A stretch of 64,000 nt of DNA, from contig JBGQHJ010000005.1 of assembly GCA_041497895.1 (NCBI GenBank), forward strand, positions 8,521 through 72,520, in the 5' to 3' direction. This stretch comes from Candidatus Methylomirabilia bacterium (GTDB lineage: Bacteria; Methylomirabilota; Methylomirabilia; Rokubacteriales; CSP1-6). This document shows positions 18,835-29,523 of this stretch, piece by piece; position 1 is the stretch's first letter; each line of letters starts with the position of its first letter. A program made the position numbers and the translations under genes. The notes beneath the pieces were generated by a model. That model was not told the DNA's origin. It was given only the letters and a program-made list of their open reading frames with translations, and ran no database searches.

Positions 18835-19753
18835 CCTCGGCCGGCGGGGCCGGCGGCGTCAGCGGCGCCTGGGTGGTGAAGGCCACGCCCAGTAGCACCA
18901 GCGCGCCGCCGGCCACCTCCGGCCACTCGATGGCCTCTCGCAGCATCACCCAGGCCAGCAACACGCCCACGATCGGCTGCAGGTTCATGAAGATCGCGGC
19001 CCGGCTGGGGCCCACCGTCTTCACGCCCTCGTACCACCACACGTGGGCGACCGCGCCCAGGAAGGCCTGGTAGAGGACGACCAGCCACGCGGTCTGCGAG
19101 GTGAGATCGGGGCGCGGGAAGAACGGGGCCGCCACCAGCATCATCGGCAGCAGCATCGCCGAGCCCAGGATGTAGGACGCGGTGGTGGCCACCGCGGGCG
19201 AGTGCACCGCGAGCACCTGCTTGCCGTAGATGGTGTACGCGCTCCAGCCGGCCTGCGAGACCAGCAGGATGAAGTCGCCGGGCATGAGCTCGAGGTGGGC
19301 GATCGCCCGCCAGCTCCCGCGCGTGATGACCAGCAGCACCCCGGCCAGCGAGGCCGCTACTCCCGCCCACTGGCGCCGGCGGAGACGCTCCTTCAGGTAG
19401 AACCGCGCGCCGAGGGCCACCAGCACCGGCGTCGCGGCCTGGAGGATGGCGGCGTTGGCCGCGGTGCTGAGTGCGATGCCGAGGTAGGTGCCGCCGGTGG
19501 AGACGAAGAGTCCGGTGAAGCCGAGGAACGCGAAGGTGCGCAGGTCGGCCCAGCGCAGCTCGCGGAACTCCTCCCAGCCGCGGCGAAACAGGAGCACGGT
19601 GAGGAACGCGGACGCGAGCGTGCAGCGGAGCGAGACCAGCAGGTAGGGCGGGAAGTGGGCGAGGGCCAGCTTGGCGAACGCGGGGTAGGAGCCCCAGAGC
19701 GCCGAGATCAGCGTGAGTGCGAGATACGCTCGCGTTTGACCGGCGCCGGGCAC
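18818..19753 (-). CDS. EamA/DMT-family transporter
   Basis: About 10 TM segments, LWGS, TAANAA, LKE, GPSRAAIFMNLQP. Confidence 0.9.
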   Translation of the reverse strand: MPGAGQTRAYLALTLISALWGSYPAFAKLALAHFPPYLLVSLRCTLASAFLTVLLFRRGWEEFRELRWADLRTFAFLGFTGLFVSTGGTYLGIALSTAANAAILQAATPVLVALGARFYLKERLRRRQWAGVAASLAGVLLVITRGSWRAIAHLELMPGDFILLVSQAGWSAYTIYGKQVLAVHSPAVATTASYILGSAMLLPMMLVAAPFFPRPDLTSQTAWLVVLYQAFLGAVAHVWWYEGVKTVGPSRAAIFMNLQPIVGVLLAWVMLREAIEWPEVAGGALVLLGVAFTTQAPLTPPAPPAEARSAS

Positions 19754-19775
19754 CCGCCTATGATAGCGCGGCGTC

Positions 19776-20249
19776 ATGCCGGACCATATCCTGGAGCGTC
19801 GCGTGTGGCTGCCGCGGCCGCGCCCCGAGGTGTTCGACTTCTTCGCGGACGCGCGCAACCTCCCGGTCATCCAGCCTGCCTGGGCGCGCCCGCGCTGGCT
19901 CGCGCCCCCGCCTCCACGCCTCGCCGCGGGGGCGGTGCTCGACTTCCGCGTACGGTGGCTGCCGATCGCCTGGCGGGTGATGATCCGGGAGTTCGACCCG
20001 CCGTACCGTTTCGTCGACGTGCAGCTCCGCGGGCCGTTCGCGCGCTGGGAGCACCGGCATCGCTTCGTCGAAGGCCCTCGTAACCAGCCGGGCGGGGCGC
20101 CCGGCACCTGGGTGGAGGACCGCGTGACCTACCGGTTTCCCGCCGGCGCGCTCGGGCGTCTGGTCCACGCCCTGGGCGGAGGCCGTCGGCTGCGCGGCCT
20201 CTTCGACTACCGGGATCGTCGCCTGCGCGAGCGGTTCGGCGGCGGCTAG
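19776..20249 (+). CDS. SRPBCC-family protein
   Basis: EVFDFFADARNL, FVDVQLRGPFARWEHRHRF, FDYR. Confidence 0.88.
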   Translation: MPDHILERRVWLPRPRPEVFDFFADARNLPVIQPAWARPRWLAPPPPRLAAGAVLDFRVRWLPIAWRVMIREFDPPYRFVDVQLRGPFARWEHRHRFVEGPRNQPGGAPGTWVEDRVTYRFPAGALGRLVHALGGGRRLRGLFDYRDRRLRERFGGG

Positions 20250-21223
20250 GCCGCGGCGGCGGGCAGCTCGATGCCGAGGGCGGCCAGGCGTGGCCGCACC
20301 CGCTCGGTGAGGAGCCCGATGCGGGAGAGGTTGTTCACCATCGAGGTGTGCATGTCCCGCTTGAAGTACTTCCGGTAGATCGCGTAGTCGTTGCGGGCCG
20401 CCACGTCGCGGCGATAGGTCTTGGCCTCCTCGATCTGGGCCGCGGTGAAGCCCACGTCGCGGTAGGCCTCGAGGGGAAAGAAGCCGGTCAGCACCTTCTC
20501 GAGCGCGACGCAGGTGAAGTCCTCCATCTCCCGGCGCTCCGCGTCGCTCGCCTCCTTGACGATGTCGGGGAGGGCCAGCATGCCGAAGCCCATGTGGCGC
20601 GACTCGTCCTGCAGGATGCGGGCGCACACCTGGCGGAGGAGCGGATCGGCGGCGGCTTCCTGCATCATCTTGAAGATCGCCACTGCGAAGGTCTCGGCCA
20701 CCAGCTGGAGCGCGATGGTCTTGATGTACCACCGCGAGTCGGTGAGGATCGTGTCGAACAGCACGCGCTCGTTGTCGGGCATCGGGTAGTGCAGGCCCCC
20801 GAGGCGGGTCTGGATGTAGCGCTCCAGCACCTCGTTGTGCCGGGCCTCGTCCATGACCTGGGTGGCCTGGAAGAACTTCTGGTCGGTGCCGGTGACGATG
20901 TTGACCATCTGGCTGCAGGCCAGCATCGCCCCCTGCTCGCCGTAGACCAGGACCGAGAGCCGCCACGCCGCGATGCGGCGGTTCAGCTCGACCTGGTCCT
21001 TCTCGGAGAGGCTCGACCAGATCTTGCTGCCGTAGATGTCCACCAGCTCGTCGGAGAGCACCCGGCCGTCGGAAGGCTCGGGAGTTTCCCATGCGATGTC
21101 CCGGCTCGCGTTCCACTGATCCCGCTTGGCCTTCTCGTAGAGGCTGCGCATGTCCTCGGCCTGCACCGAGTAGTCGAACTCGAACACGGTATCGATCGTG
21201 CCGGGGATAACGCGCCGCTCCAT
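20246..21223 (-). CDS. Ferritin-like di-iron protein (AurF/desaturase-like)
   Basis: GEQGA, DEARH, VAE, DESRH carboxylate/His motifs. Confidence 0.85.
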   Translation of the reverse strand: MERRVIPGTIDTVFEFDYSVQAEDMRSLYEKAKRDQWNASRDIAWETPEPSDGRVLSDELVDIYGSKIWSSLSEKDQVELNRRIAAWRLSVLVYGEQGAMLACSQMVNIVTGTDQKFFQATQVMDEARHNEVLERYIQTRLGGLHYPMPDNERVLFDTILTDSRWYIKTIALQLVAETFAVAIFKMMQEAAADPLLRQVCARILQDESRHMGFGMLALPDIVKEASDAERREMEDFTCVALEKVLTGFFPLEAYRDVGFTAAQIEEAKTYRRDVAARNDYAIYRKYFKRDMHTSMVNNLSRIGLLTERVRPRLAALGIELPAAAA

Positions 21224-21242
21224 GAGGGCCTCCTGGGTGCTG

Positions 21243-21279
21243 AAAACCGGAGAGTATGACTTTTGAACTCTCTGGTTTT
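21243..21279. promoter_or_regulatory. Inverted repeat, probable TetR operator
   Basis: AAAACCGGAGAGT-N11-ACTCTCTGGTTTT (12/13 match) between the divergent ferritin-like and TetR genes. Confidence 0.65.
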
Positions 21280-21320
21280 TACCACGGGCGGGAAGGGACC
21301 GTCAAGTAGACTGGCCGGGG

Positions 21321-21983
21321 ATGAACGCCAGGCGCAAGACTGCGCGGGCCCAGATCCTGCGGGCCGCCGCGGACCTCTTCCGGGAGCGCGGCTACCAGGC
21401 CTCCACCGTGGATCACATCGCGGCGCGGCTCGGCATGTCCAAGGCCTCGCTCTACACCCACTTCCGGGCCAAGGAGGAGATGCTCGCCGCCATCTCCCGC
21501 GAGACCATCGAGGCCTTCACCCGGGACCTGGCCCTGGTCCTGGGCGCCCGGCTGGGCCCCGAGGAGAAGCTGCGGCGGATGGTCCGGCAGCACGTGCGCT
21601 TCGTCATCGCCAACCGCTCGTTCCTGACCGTGTTCTTCGGCGAGGAGGCCAACCTGCCCGCCCGCTTCGCCCGCTCCCTCGCCGCGCAGAAGGATCGCTA
21701 CGACAAGGGGGTCGAGCGGATCGTGGCCGAGGGGATCCGGAGCGGGGTGTTCCGCGACGTGCCGCCGCGGCTGGTGGTCTTCGCGGTGCTCGGCATGGTC
21801 AACTGGGTGCACAAGTGGTACAACCCCGCGGGTCGCTGGGGCGCCGAGGAGATCTCGACCGCGTTCCTCGCGTTGATCGAGGGCGGGCTGCTCCGGCGGC
21901 GGCGCCGGGGGCCGGCCCTGAGCGGCCGGCTGCGCCGGCTCGAGCGCGAGCTCCGTGAGGTCGCCCGGCAGCTCGACGCGTGA
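21321..21983 (+). CDS. TetR/AcrR-family regulator (KstR2-like)
   Basis: HTH IAARLGMSKASLYTHF..KE; GMVNWVHKWYNP. Confidence 0.93.
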   Translation: MNARRKTARAQILRAAADLFRERGYQASTVDHIAARLGMSKASLYTHFRAKEEMLAAISRETIEAFTRDLALVLGARLGPEEKLRRMVRQHVRFVIANRSFLTVFFGEEANLPARFARSLAAQKDRYDKGVERIVAEGIRSGVFRDVPPRLVVFAVLGMVNWVHKWYNPAGRWGAEEISTAFLALIEGGLLRRRRRGPALSGRLRRLERELREVARQLDA

Positions 21984-22839
21984 CTGGCTGGGCGCCCACA
22001 TGTCCATCGCGGGCGGGCTGGCCCGCGCGCTGGACCGAGGGCTCGAGGTGGGCTGCTCGGTCGTCCAGATCTTCCTCAAGAACCAGCGCCAGTGGACGGC
22101 GCGCCCGTACGCCGACAGCGAGGTGCGCGAGTTCCGTGCCGCCTGGCGGGCGAGCGGCATCCGGATCGTCTTCGCCCACGCGAACTACCTGATCAACCTC
22201 GCGACCCCGGTCGACGCCGAGTGGCGCCGGGCGGTGGACGTGTTCCACGACGAGCTCGAGCGGGCCGAGGCGCTCGGCCTGCCCTTCGTGGTGATCCACC
22301 CCGGCTCGCACCGGGAGGCGGGGCTCGCGGAGGGCATCCGCCGCGTGGCCCGGGCCATCGACCTGCTCCACGAGCGCACGCGCGGCCAGCGGGTCCGGAT
22401 CGTGCTCGAGAACACCGCGGGTGGCGGCGCGAGCATCGGCCGGAGTCTCGAGGAGCTGGAGCGGGTGATCGGCGCGGTGCGGGAGCCGGACCGGGTGGGG
22501 GTCTGCCTCGATACCTGCCATCTCTTCGCGGCCGGCTACGACATCCGGTCGCGCGCCGGCTACCGGGCGACCATGGCGGAGTGCGTGCGCCGGCTCGGCG
22601 CCGGGCGCGTGCTCGCCTTCCACCTCAACGACGCCAAGCAGCCGCTGGGCTCCGGCCTCGACCGCCACGAGAAGATCGGGCGCGGCCACCTGGGCGTCGA
22701 GCCGTTCCGCTGGCTGCTGAACGACCGGCGCTTCGCCCGGGTCCCGATGGCGCTCGAGACCCCGAAGGACCCGGAGCCGCGCGCCGACCGGGACGCCCTC
22801 GCCCTCCTGCGCGGCCTCCGCCGGCGCTCCCGCGCCTAG
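21955..22839 (+). CDS. nfo: Endonuclease IV
   Basis: GAHMSIAGG, HANYLINL, HPG, ENTAG, DTCH, HLND, DRHE, ETP. Confidence 0.95.
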   Translation: MRSPGSSTRDWLGAHMSIAGGLARALDRGLEVGCSVVQIFLKNQRQWTARPYADSEVREFRAAWRASGIRIVFAHANYLINLATPVDAEWRRAVDVFHDELERAEALGLPFVVIHPGSHREAGLAEGIRRVARAIDLLHERTRGQRVRIVLENTAGGGASIGRSLEELERVIGAVREPDRVGVCLDTCHLFAAGYDIRSRAGYRATMAECVRRLGAGRVLAFHLNDAKQPLGSGLDRHEKIGRGHLGVEPFRWLLNDRRFARVPMALETPKDPEPRADRDALALLRGLRRRSRA

Positions 22840-23483
22840 CGCGAGCGGCGCACGCCGCGGCGCGGGCATCTCGCGCGGATCGGGCAGCGGGAGCAGTGCG
22901 GCGACACCGGCAGGCAGACGTTCTGCCCGAACGACACCAGCAGGTCGTTGTAGCCGATCCAGTAGCGGCGCGGCAGGCGGCGGCGGAGCGCGGCCTCGGT
23001 CTCCTCCGGGGTGCGCGTGGTGACGTAGCCCCAGCGGTTCGAGATCCGGTGCACGTGCACGTCCACGCAGATGCCGGGCTTGTTGAACCCCTGGGTCACC
23101 ACCAGGTTGGCGGTCTTGCGCCCCACGCCCTTCAGGGTGAGCAGGGTGTCGATCTCGTCCGGCACCACGCCCCCGAAGCGCTCGATCAGGTCCCGGCTGA
23201 CCTCGCGCAGCACCCGCGCCTTGGTGCGGTAGAAGCCCACCGGGTAGATCGCGCGCTCGATGGTCCGGGGGTGGAGCCGGCGCAGACGCTCGGGGGTGTC
23301 GGCGAGCGCGAACAGCCGCGCGGAAGCCGGCCCGGTGGTCTCGTCCTTGGTGCGGAGCGACAGCAGGCACGCGATCAGGACGCGGAACGGGTCGTGCCAC
23401 TGCTCGGCCACCTGGGCGAGCGCGGTCACCCGCCAGGACGGGGCCTCGCGGCGCAGGCGGCGGATCGTGTCTCCGATCCTCAC
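22836..23483 (-). CDS. nth: Endonuclease III
   Basis: HhH LKGVGRKTANLV, VDVHVHR, C-X6-C-X2-C-X5-C Fe-S motif. Confidence 0.95.
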   Translation of the reverse strand: MRIGDTIRRLRREAPSWRVTALAQVAEQWHDPFRVLIACLLSLRTKDETTGPASARLFALADTPERLRRLHPRTIERAIYPVGFYRTKARVLREVSRDLIERFGGVVPDEIDTLLTLKGVGRKTANLVVTQGFNKPGICVDVHVHRISNRWGYVTTRTPEETEAALRRRLPRRYWIGYNDLLVSFGQNVCLPVSPHCSRCPIRARCPRRGVRRSR

Positions 23484-24214
23484 GAGCGGCCCTCGAGCGA
23501 CGCGAGCAGGGCGCGGGCCTGGGGCGCGTCCTTCAGGGTCCAGTCCGCCACGTTGGCCGGGGCCTTCTCCCCGAGCACGGTCTCGAGCTCGCGCCGGGCC
23601 TCCGCGATCCGCCCGCGCTTTATCAGGGTGTGGGCGAGGCCCAGGCGCAGGCCGGTGAAGCGCGGGTCCATCTCGAGGCCACGCCGGAAGAGCGTCTCGG
23701 ACTTCTCGAGGTCGCCGCCGAAGAGCCCGGGGATTTCGTAGTAGACGGTGCCGGCCAGCACGTAGGCGGGCGGGAAGCGCGGGTCGAGCTCGAGCGCGGT
23801 CTCCATGCCCCGCTTGACCTCCGGGAGCAGGAACAGCGAGCGGAGCACTCCCTTGGTCTGGCCCCAGCGTCCCGCGTTGGTGGCGTACCAGAAGTGGGCG
23901 CGCGCGTTGCGGGGCGCCGCCTCCGCGGCGCGGCGGGCGGCCTGCCGGCCCTGCTCGTACGCGGCGAGCTTGTCCTCCGTGGTCGTCGCGCGGATGTCGC
24001 CCGCGAGGAACGCGATCTGGGCGAGCGCCAGCAGGTTCTCAACCTGCGGGTCGCTCTCCGCCGCGCGGGTCATGGCGGCGCGCAGCGTGTCGATCCGCGC
24101 CGGATCCTCGTGGTAGTGGGAGGCGAGCGCGCGCACCTCGGCGGCCAGGGGAGACTGGGCCCACGCCGCGACGGACGTGCCGACGACCACGATCATCGCG
24201 GCGAGGAGGCGCAT
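23480..24214 (-). CDS. Secreted TPR-repeat protein
   Basis: Signal peptide ending AWA/Q; repeated ALELDP-type TPR units. Confidence 0.8.
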   Translation of the reverse strand: MRLLAAMIVVVGTSVAAWAQSPLAAEVRALASHYHEDPARIDTLRAAMTRAAESDPQVENLLALAQIAFLAGDIRATTTEDKLAAYEQGRQAARRAAEAAPRNARAHFWYATNAGRWGQTKGVLRSLFLLPEVKRGMETALELDPRFPPAYVLAGTVYYEIPGLFGGDLEKSETLFRRGLEMDPRFTGLRLGLAHTLIKRGRIAEARRELETVLGEKAPANVADWTLKDAPQARALLASLEGRS

Positions 24215-24309
24215 CGCGCCCGATGCTAGAGGCGCGGCGCCCGGGCTGTCAACCGCGGCGCGCGCCCGCGCCTTGCGGTGCCGGCGCCCCACCGGTATGG
24301 TAGGGCGCG

Positions 24310-24768
24310 ATGAGGCTCCTGGCCGCGGGCGCGATCGTGGGCTGGCTCTCCGTGATGGGCTTCTTCGCGGCGGTGGTCGCGCCGGCCGCCTTCACCACGC
24401 TCGACCGCGAAGCGGCGGGCCGCTTCGTGAGCGCGGTCTTCCCCCGCTACTACGCGGTCGGCGCCGCGCTCGGCGCGCTCGCCCTCGTCGCCCTGCTGGC
24501 CCGGATCCTCCTCGGGCGCGGGCATCCGACCTGGGTGGCGCTGGCGCTGGTCCTGGTGATGCTCGCGAGTACGCTCTACGCGTGGCTGGTCGTGCTGCCC
24601 GCGGCCCACGCGGCCCGCGAGGCGCTGCGCCTGGCCGCGCCCGCGCCGGGCACGGTCTCCCCCGAGGCCCTCGCCTTCTCGCGGCTGCACCGCCTGTCGA
24701 GCGTCCTCAACGGGGCGAGCATGCTCGCCGGGGTGCTGGGCCTGATCGCGGTGGGGTGGCGGCGATGA
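24310..24768 (+). CDS. DUF4149/TMEM205-like membrane protein
   Basis: VAPAAF...AG...FPRY...FSRLHRLS; 4 TM segments. Confidence 0.82.
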   Translation: MRLLAAGAIVGWLSVMGFFAAVVAPAAFTTLDREAAGRFVSAVFPRYYAVGAALGALALVALLARILLGRGHPTWVALALVLVMLASTLYAWLVVLPAAHAAREALRLAAPAPGTVSPEALAFSRLHRLSSVLNGASMLAGVLGLIAVGWRR

Positions 24769-25142
24769 GCCGGGGATTCGAGCCGCTCGGGCTCGATCAC
24801 CTGGTGCTGCGCGTGCGCGACCAGGCGGCGTCGCAGCGCTTCTACATCGACGTCCTGGGTTGCACGCTCGACCACGTGAACGAGCGCATCGCGCTGGTGC
24901 AGCTGCGCTTCGGCGAGCAGCTCATCGACCTGTTGCCCGGCGAGCGGGCCGAGGGGGGCGGGCTGGACCACTTCTGCCTGTCGATCCGCTGCGGCGACCT
25001 GGCCGCGGTCCGGGACGGCCTGCGCGCCCGCGGCGTGACGGTCGACGGCGACGTGGTGGAGCGGCGCGGTGCCTTCGGGAGCGGGCCCTCGCTCTACGTG
25101 CAGGATCCGGACGGCTACCGGATCGAGCTCAAGCCCCGGTGA
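24765..25142 (+). CDS. VOC/glyoxalase-family protein
   Basis: LDHLVL, DHFCL, SLYVQDPDGYRIEL. Confidence 0.9.
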   Translation: MSRGFEPLGLDHLVLRVRDQAASQRFYIDVLGCTLDHVNERIALVQLRFGEQLIDLLPGERAEGGGLDHFCLSIRCGDLAAVRDGLRARGVTVDGDVVERRGAFGSGPSLYVQDPDGYRIELKPR

Positions 25143-25695
25143 TCGCGAGGGCCAGCAAGGCACTCACCAGGCGATCGGCCGGGACCGCGCCGCCCTCGGT
25201 CGCGGCCTGCAGCAGGCAGCCCTCGGCGGCTCCCACGATGATCGCGGCCACCGCGCCGGGGTCCAGGTCTCGCCGGAAGCCGCCGGACCTCACGCCCTCG
25301 GCCAGGATGTCCTCGAGGGAGAGCCGGATGTGCTCGCGCTGCCAGGCCAGGGTCAGCCGGAACTGCTTGTCGTGCCGGGCCCGGGCCCAGCCGGTCAGGA
25401 AGAGCCCCGAGAAGTCGGGGTCGCCCTCGCCATAGGCGGTCAGCAGCAGACGCATGGCGCGCTCGAGCCGCGCCCGCGGAGGGTCCGCGGCCCGCGCGAT
25501 CCGGGCCAGCGCGGTGACGATGGGCAGGCCGCGCTGCTCGACCTGCGTCGCCGCGGGTCCGGCCGGCGCCGCGAGGCTCGGCGGTGGTGGAGTCGCGACC
25601 GGCGGCAGCATGGGGACCGCGGCGCGCCCGGCGCGGGCCCGCCGACGACGGACGCGGCGACGGCGGGGGACGGCGGGCTTCTTCCGCTTCTTCAC
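25129..25695 (-). CDS. TetR C-terminal-domain protein with Arg/Lys-rich N-terminus and no HTH
   Basis: GGAGA RBS before GTG 25695; DPPRARLE...EGVRSGGFRRDLDP. Confidence 0.65.
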   Translation of the reverse strand: MKKRKKPAVPRRRRVRRRRARAGRAAVPMLPPVATPPPPSLAAPAGPAATQVEQRGLPIVTALARIARAADPPRARLERAMRLLLTAYGEGDPDFSGLFLTGWARARHDKQFRLTLAWQREHIRLSLEDILAEGVRSGGFRRDLDPGAVAAIIVGAAEGCLLQAATEGGAVPADRLVSALLALAITGA

Positions 25696-25717
25696 ATCTC
25701 CGTCACACGCGGGGGCG

Positions 25718-26092
25718 TCAGTTCCCCGAGGACACGAACTGGAAGGACTCGATCTCCACGCGGAAGCGGCGCTCGGAGCCGGGGGAGGACAGGCGCACCT
25801 CGAACGGGCTCGAGCCCCGCGAGGGGACGACCCCGAAGACGAAGGCCCGTCCGCGGCTGACCACGCGGCCATTCTCGTCGAGCCCCTCCACGCTCACGAT
25901 CACCCGCTCGCAGGCGGAGCTCGCGCCGTTGCGCACCTCGCCGTACACGAGCACGCGGCCGCTGCCGACCCGCTCGGTGGTGAAGCTCACCGCGAGGCGC
26001 GAGGGGGACTGCGGCGAGTAGGTCTGCGCGTCGACCGTCGCGCAGAGCGAGATCCACACCAGCGCGGCGACCAGGAGGCGACGAGCGCTCAT
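25718..26092 (-). CDS. Secreted FxLYD-like domain protein
   Basis: Signal peptide; VYGEVRN...GLDENGRVV; start overlaps permease stop. Confidence 0.7.
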   Translation of the reverse strand: MSARRLLVAALVWISLCATVDAQTYSPQSPSRLAVSFTTERVGSGRVLVYGEVRNGASSACERVIVSVEGLDENGRVVSRGRAFVFGVVPSRGSSPFEVRLSSPGSERRFRVEIESFQFVSSGN

Positions 26093-27317
26093 TCGTACCG
26101 GAGGGCGTCGATGGGATTGAGCCCGGCCGCCTTGCGCGCCGGGTAGAAGCCGAAGAAGATGCCCACCGCGGCCGCGAAGCCGAAGGCGATGAGGACCGCG
26201 TCGATCTGGAGCACGGTGCGCCACTCCGCGAAGTAGGCGATCGCGTAGGAGCCGAGCAGGCCGGCGCCGATGCCGATGGCGCCGCCGATCAGCGACAGGG
26301 TCACCGCCTCCACCAGGAACTGGGCCAGGATGTCGCGGCCTCGCGCGCCCACCGCCATGCGCAGGCCGATCTCCCGCGTCCGCTCCGTCACCGAGACCAG
26401 CATGATGTTCATGATACCGATCCCCCCCACCAGCAGCGAGACCGACGCGATGGCCGCGAGCAGTACCGTGAGGACCCGGGAGGCCGCCTCCTGGGACTGG
26501 AGCACCTCGGCCAGGTTCCGGAGGTTGAAGTCGTCCTCCTGGGAGGGCTGCAGCCGGTGGCGCTGCCGCAAGAGCTCCCGCACCTCGTTCTCGGCCGCCT
26601 TCATGAGTGGGGCCTCGCGCACCTTGATGGTGATCGCGCCGACCGACCGTCCCTTGACCTGGTTGCCGCCCAGCACCTTGGACTTGGCGGTGGTGATGGG
26701 GATCAGGATCTGGTCGTCCTGGTCCTGGCCCCACGTGGTCTGGCCCTTGCGGTCCATCACCCCGATGATGGTGAAGGGAACCTTCTTGATGCGGATCACC
26801 TGGCCGAGCGGATCCTCCTCCCCGAACAGGTTGCGGGCGACGGTCTGGCCGACCAGGGCGACCTTCGACGCGCCGTCCACCTCCTCCTGGGTGAGCATCC
26901 GGCCCTCGATCACCTCCCAGTCGCGTGCCGGGAAGTACTCGGGGGTGACCCCGAGGATGCCGGTCCACCAGTTGAGGTTCGAGTAGACCACCTGCGCGTT
27001 GCCGCGCACGTACGGGGCCACCACCTCGACGAGCGGGATGTCGCGCTGGACGGCCCAGGCGTCGTCCTCCGAGAGGGTCGCCTGGGCCCCGGCGCCGAGC
27101 CGCACCCCGGAGACGTTCACGGTTCCGGGCCAGATCACGATGATGTTGGCCCCGAGGCTCTGGATCTGCTCGGCCACGCGGGCCTGGGCGCCCGCGCCCA
27201 CCGCCACCATGGTGATGACCGCGCCCACCCCGATCACGATGCCGAGCATGGTGAGCGCGCTGCGCATCTTGTTGACGCGCAGGGCCCTCACCGCGATCCG
27301 CGCGCTGGCCCGGACGT

Positions 27318-27321
<4 letters not shown>
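26089..27321 (-). CDS. MacB-type ABC permease
   Basis: [41 protein letters not shown]. Confidence 0.95.
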
Positions 27322-28097
<776 letters not shown>

Positions 28098-28098
28098 G

Positions 28099-29490
28099 TC
28101 AGAGCCTGAGGCGCGGGGCCGCGCCCGGCGACGGCCGGTCGCCCGGCAGCGCGACGCCCACGATCACCTGCTGGCCCTCCTTGATCTCGCCGCGGACCAC
28201 CTCGGTATAGGTGCCGTCACCGATGCCGAGCTGCAGCGACAGCGCGGCCGGCTTGCCGTCGGAGCCGAGGATCCACACCCGTCCGGCCGGGCCGCCGCCA
28301 CCGCGCCCGCCGCCGCCCGGCCCACCGCCGGGCCGGGCCGGCCGCTCGCGCTCGGCGGCCTCGACGCCGGCCGGGCGGAAGCGAAGCGCCGCGTTGGGCA
28401 CCTGCAGCACGCCCTCCTTCTGGTCGATGATGATGCGCACGTTCGCGGTCATGCCGGGCAGGAGCCGCTGCTCCGGATTCCTAGCGCTCACCACCACATC
28501 GTAGGTGACGACGTTCTGCACGACCAGCGGCGCCTTCCGGATCTGCACGACCTCGCCGGAGAAGGTGCGGCCCGGGAAGGAGTCCACCGTGAAGGTGGTG
28601 GCCTGGCCCACCTTGACCCGCCCCACGTCCGCCTCGTCCACGTTCGTGTCGACCTGCATGTTGCGCAGGTCCTGGGCGATCGTGAACAGGGTCGGGGCCT
28701 GGAGGCTCGCCGCCACCGTCTGGCCGACGTCCACCGTGCGGCCGACCACGACGCCGTCCACCGGCGCGCGGATGAAGGTGTGGTCCAGGTCGACCTGCGC
28801 CTGCCGCTGGGCCGCCACGTTCTGGGCCACCTGCGCGACCGCGTTCTTGAGCATCGCCTCGGCCACGCGCAGCTGCGCCTCGGCCGCGGTCACCGCCGAC
28901 CCCTGCGCGCGCTCCTGCGCCTTGGAGGCCTCGAGCTGGGCCACCGCGGAGTCGTAGGTGGCCTGGGCGGTGTCCTCGTCGGCCTGCGCGATGAGCCCGC
29001 GCTGCCGCAGGTCGCGATTGCGGCCGAGGGTGCGATTGGAGTCGACCACCGTGACCTGCGACTTGGCGGTCTGGGCACGGGCGGCGGCCAGCGCGGCGCG
29101 GGCGTTCTCGAGGTCGGCCCGGGTCTTCTCCACCGCCGCCTGCTGGTTCAGCACCGAGGCCCGGGCCGCGTCCACCTGGGCCTTCGTCTGGTTGACCTTG
29201 GCCTCGAAGGTGTCGGGATCGATGCGGGCGATGACCTGGTCCTTCTTGACCAGGGAGTTGAAGTCCGCGAGGAGCTCCTTGACCTGGCCCGATACCTGGG
29301 AGCCGACCTGCACCGTGATCACCGCGTTGAGCGTCCCGGTGGCCGACACCGCGGCGGTGAGCGGCCCTCGCGAGACCGCGACGGTCCGGAAGGCGGGCCG
29401 GGCCCCGATGCCCTGGGTGTAGAGGTAGCCACCGGTGATCGCGCCCGCGATCACCACGATCAGCCCGATCCAGAGGAGACGGCGCTTCAT
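28099..29490 (-). CDS. MacA-type periplasmic adaptor (MFP)
   Basis: VGSQVSG, long coiled coil, [23 protein letters not shown]. Confidence 0.93.
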   Translation of the reverse strand: MKRRLLWIGLIVVIAGAITGGYLYTQGIGARPAFRTVAVSRGPLTAAVSATGTLNAVITVQVGSQVSGQVKELLADFNSLVKKDQVIARIDPDTFEAKVNQTKAQVDAARASVLNQQAAVEKTRADLENARAALAAARAQTAKSQVTVVDSNRTLGRNRDLRQRGLIAQADEDTAQATYDSAVAQLEASKAQERAQGSAVTAAEAQLRVAEAMLKNAVAQVAQNVAAQRQAQVDLDHTFIRAPVDGVVVGRTVDVGQTVAASLQAPTLFTIAQDLRNMQVDTNVDEADVGRVKVGQATTFTVDSFPGRTFSGEVVQIRKAPLVVQNVVTYDVVVSARNPEQRLLPGMTANVRIIIDQKEGVLQVPNAALRFRPAGVEAAERERPARPGGGPGGGGRGGGGPAGRVWILGSDGKPAALSLQLGIGDGTYTEVVRGEIKEGQQVIVGVALPGDRPSPGAAPRLRL

Positions 29491-29523
29491 GATGATGTGA
29501 CGCGGGGTCGGCGCGCGGTATTC

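Noticed and set aside
24190..24335. Divergent genes that both start MRLLAA
   Set aside because: Nucleotide similarity is short and low-complexity; probably coincidental signal/TM starts
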